From the NCBI GenBank assembly GCA_965113315.1, contig OZ220369.1: 64,000 bases of DNA; one strand, 5' to 3'. The DNA comes from Podarcis vaucheri (lineage: Eukaryota). Position numbers and translations under genes: made by a program. Position 1 is the first letter of the stretch; each line of letters opens with the position of its first letter. Shown here in pieces: positions 62,006 to 64,000 of this stretch. A model generated the notes under the pieces. The model was given only the letters and a program-made list of their open reading frames with translations, was not told the DNA's origin and ran no database searches.

Positions 62006-62649
62006 CTCTTGAGTCTAGGGGTCCTGCTGGAATTTTACAAAAGCGTTTGAACCCATATTCCCCTAAGCTGTCTCCCATCAGAAATCATCCACCTGGGGGA
62101 CCACAGTGCCAAAATCCAGGCTGGAGAGGATCTAGACAATTTGTTTAACCCACCCACACCCATCCCACAGAACCTGCATTGCCACAGCCTGCTCACACAC
62201 CTTGCTCCAAAAATGCATACTGGGCAATCGTTCAGATCCTTTGGCAAGGTTTGTTAGCCCTCATGGTTTAAAAATGTACACAGAGTGTTCCCTTGAAGTC
62301 TCAGAAAGCATATGGAACCGTGGAAAGAGCTGCTGTTCACTTTTGAAAAATGGAGTAGCTAAAGATGCAAATTAAATAATAACCTTGTTGTTGTTTAGTC
62401 GTTTAGTCGTGTCTGACTCTTCGTGACCCCATGGACCAAAGCACGCCAGGCACTTCTGTCTTCAGAATAATAATAATAACCTTAGTGGGCTGCTTTCTTG
62501 GTGGTCCCCACCCCAACCAATGCAAATGTAATTTGTGTTCTACAAAAAAAAACGTGTATTTCCTTTTCAAGTGATAAACCCATGCTGCATTTTTAATGTA
62601 GTGACATGACTTATCTATTATTCATTTATCGCCTTGTTTTTCCTGCCAG

Positions 62650-62724
62650 TATCAAGAAAAGAGAGCCAGGAGCCAAGCACATGCAGAAGAGATAAGACGA
62701 AAAATGAGAACTTCAGAACCATAG
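62650..62724 (+). CDS. CMC2: CMC2 coding exon 3 (terminal)
   Basis: TTTTTCCTGCCAG|YQEKRARSQAHAEEIRRKMRTSEP*. Confidence 0.92.
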   Translation, partial: YQEKRARSQAHAEEIRRKMRTSEP

Positions 62725-62794
62725 ATAGAGCTGAGGACTGGGCAACATACGGATGGCCAAAGGAGTGTGTTGTCTCATGTCTTCTGGGTACCTA

Positions 62795-62834
62795 AATAAA
62801 GAAAACTATTTAAATCCAAAACATTTGCAATAAA
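62795..62834 (+). terminator. CMC2 poly(A) signals
   Basis: AATAAA at 62795-62800 and 62829-62834, ~70-110 nt after the stop. Confidence 0.7.
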
Positions 62835-64000
62835 AATGGCTGCGATGTTGGCAACTGTTCAGTGCACTTTAATTATTTGGTTGAGACTTAACATTTTTTA
62901 AAGAGCCCTGCTAGATCAAGCTATTTATTCCATCATCCTCTATCCTGCAGTGGCCAACCAGATGTCTGTAGGAAACCCACAAATAGGATGCCAAGACAAT
63001 AACTCTGTCCTACTCATTCTCCCCAACAGTAGGTATTTAGAGACATGCTGCTTTGAACCTTGAGGGTAGCATGTGGCCATCCTGACTAGAAGCCATTGAT
63101 AGCCTTGGTGGAGTATAATCACTTCTCGAGTTTTTCTGCGGAGAGGAATGATAGCTCCGTGGGTGAGTTCATGATTTGCATGTGGAAGGTCCCAGGTTCA
63201 GTCCCTGGTATCTCATATTAAAAGGATCTCTTCGGAGCAAGGCTGGGAAGAGCTTTTCCCTGAGACTTTTGGAGGCTGCTTTGAAAAAGAAAGCAAGAAA
63301 GCAGAGACTAGGGAAGCGGAATCTTGCAGCCAGTACAACATAGTGCATTTCTTTGCTGGAGTATACACATGGCCTTGGTTTTAACTGATATGTTAGGAGC
63401 TTCAGATCTCACTCCATTTCCTTTTGGAAATAAAAGCTCTTAGAGAAATGCCTGATTACCTGTAAATTGCTTTCAAAAAATATCAAGTCAGATGGTCAGA
63501 GGCATAAAGAACCATCCTATTTGCTCAGCACACCTGTCAAAACACGACCCTGAAACATCATGTGTGCAACCCCAGCAGGAGGTGCAAACAAACAGCTGAG
63601 TGCATTAATGCTCCTGTGTTTGGTGGGAAAAGAACTTAACTCTGATGATACTGGATTGGGGGCGGTGGATGACCAGCAAAAAAGTATTTGATGGGCTCTG
63701 AAGTCACACACTTTTTAATAGTGCTTAGTTTATCCACAAGTTAAAAAAGTTAAATAGAAAAGAAAAAGATGAATGGACATATATTAACACAGCATGGCCC
63801 ATTTCACTCAGAGTAGACCCACTGGAATTAATGGACCTAACTTTGTAATTAATTTCAAAAGGGCTGCTCTGACTAAAACTTAGTTGAATACCACCCGTGG
63901 TTAGGGTTCCACTATAATTTCATCTGCCTGCAGGAAACAGTTTGACTTATAAACAGCCTTTATAAACTAGCCTTTTGCTAGACTGATAACTGCTTGACCT

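Overview
Vertebrate genomic DNA, almost certainly a squamate reptile and probably a lacertid lizard (Sauria SINEs, BovB, Penelope remnants, many hAT and Tc1/pogo MITEs). It carries the gene block known from human 16q23.2. C16orf46-like (+): CDS join 6116-6325, 11896-13050, 454 aa. ATMIN (-): 4 coding exons, 817 aa. CENPN (-): 10 coding exons, 345 aa. CMC2 (+): 3 coding exons, 75 aa. CpG-island promoters lie at ~2.45-3.0 kb, ~35.4-36.0 kb and ~48.7-49.45 kb (bidirectional CENPN/CMC2). All coding exons were placed by hand from GT-AG sites and phase continuity; gene names come from recalled protein similarity, not a database search. Most notable observations: (1) a second, highly diverged but still open copy of the C16orf46 last coding exon (16837-17532) with an intact, same-phase splice acceptor, so either an alternative last exon or a tandem paralog; (2) a perfect 79-bp inverted repeat of Penelope-like origin in a CMC2 intron, containing a minimal hammerhead ribozyme motif; (3) a BovB copy that keeps its 5' end, whose reading frame is stop-free from 780 to the window edge and is missing from the ORF track.
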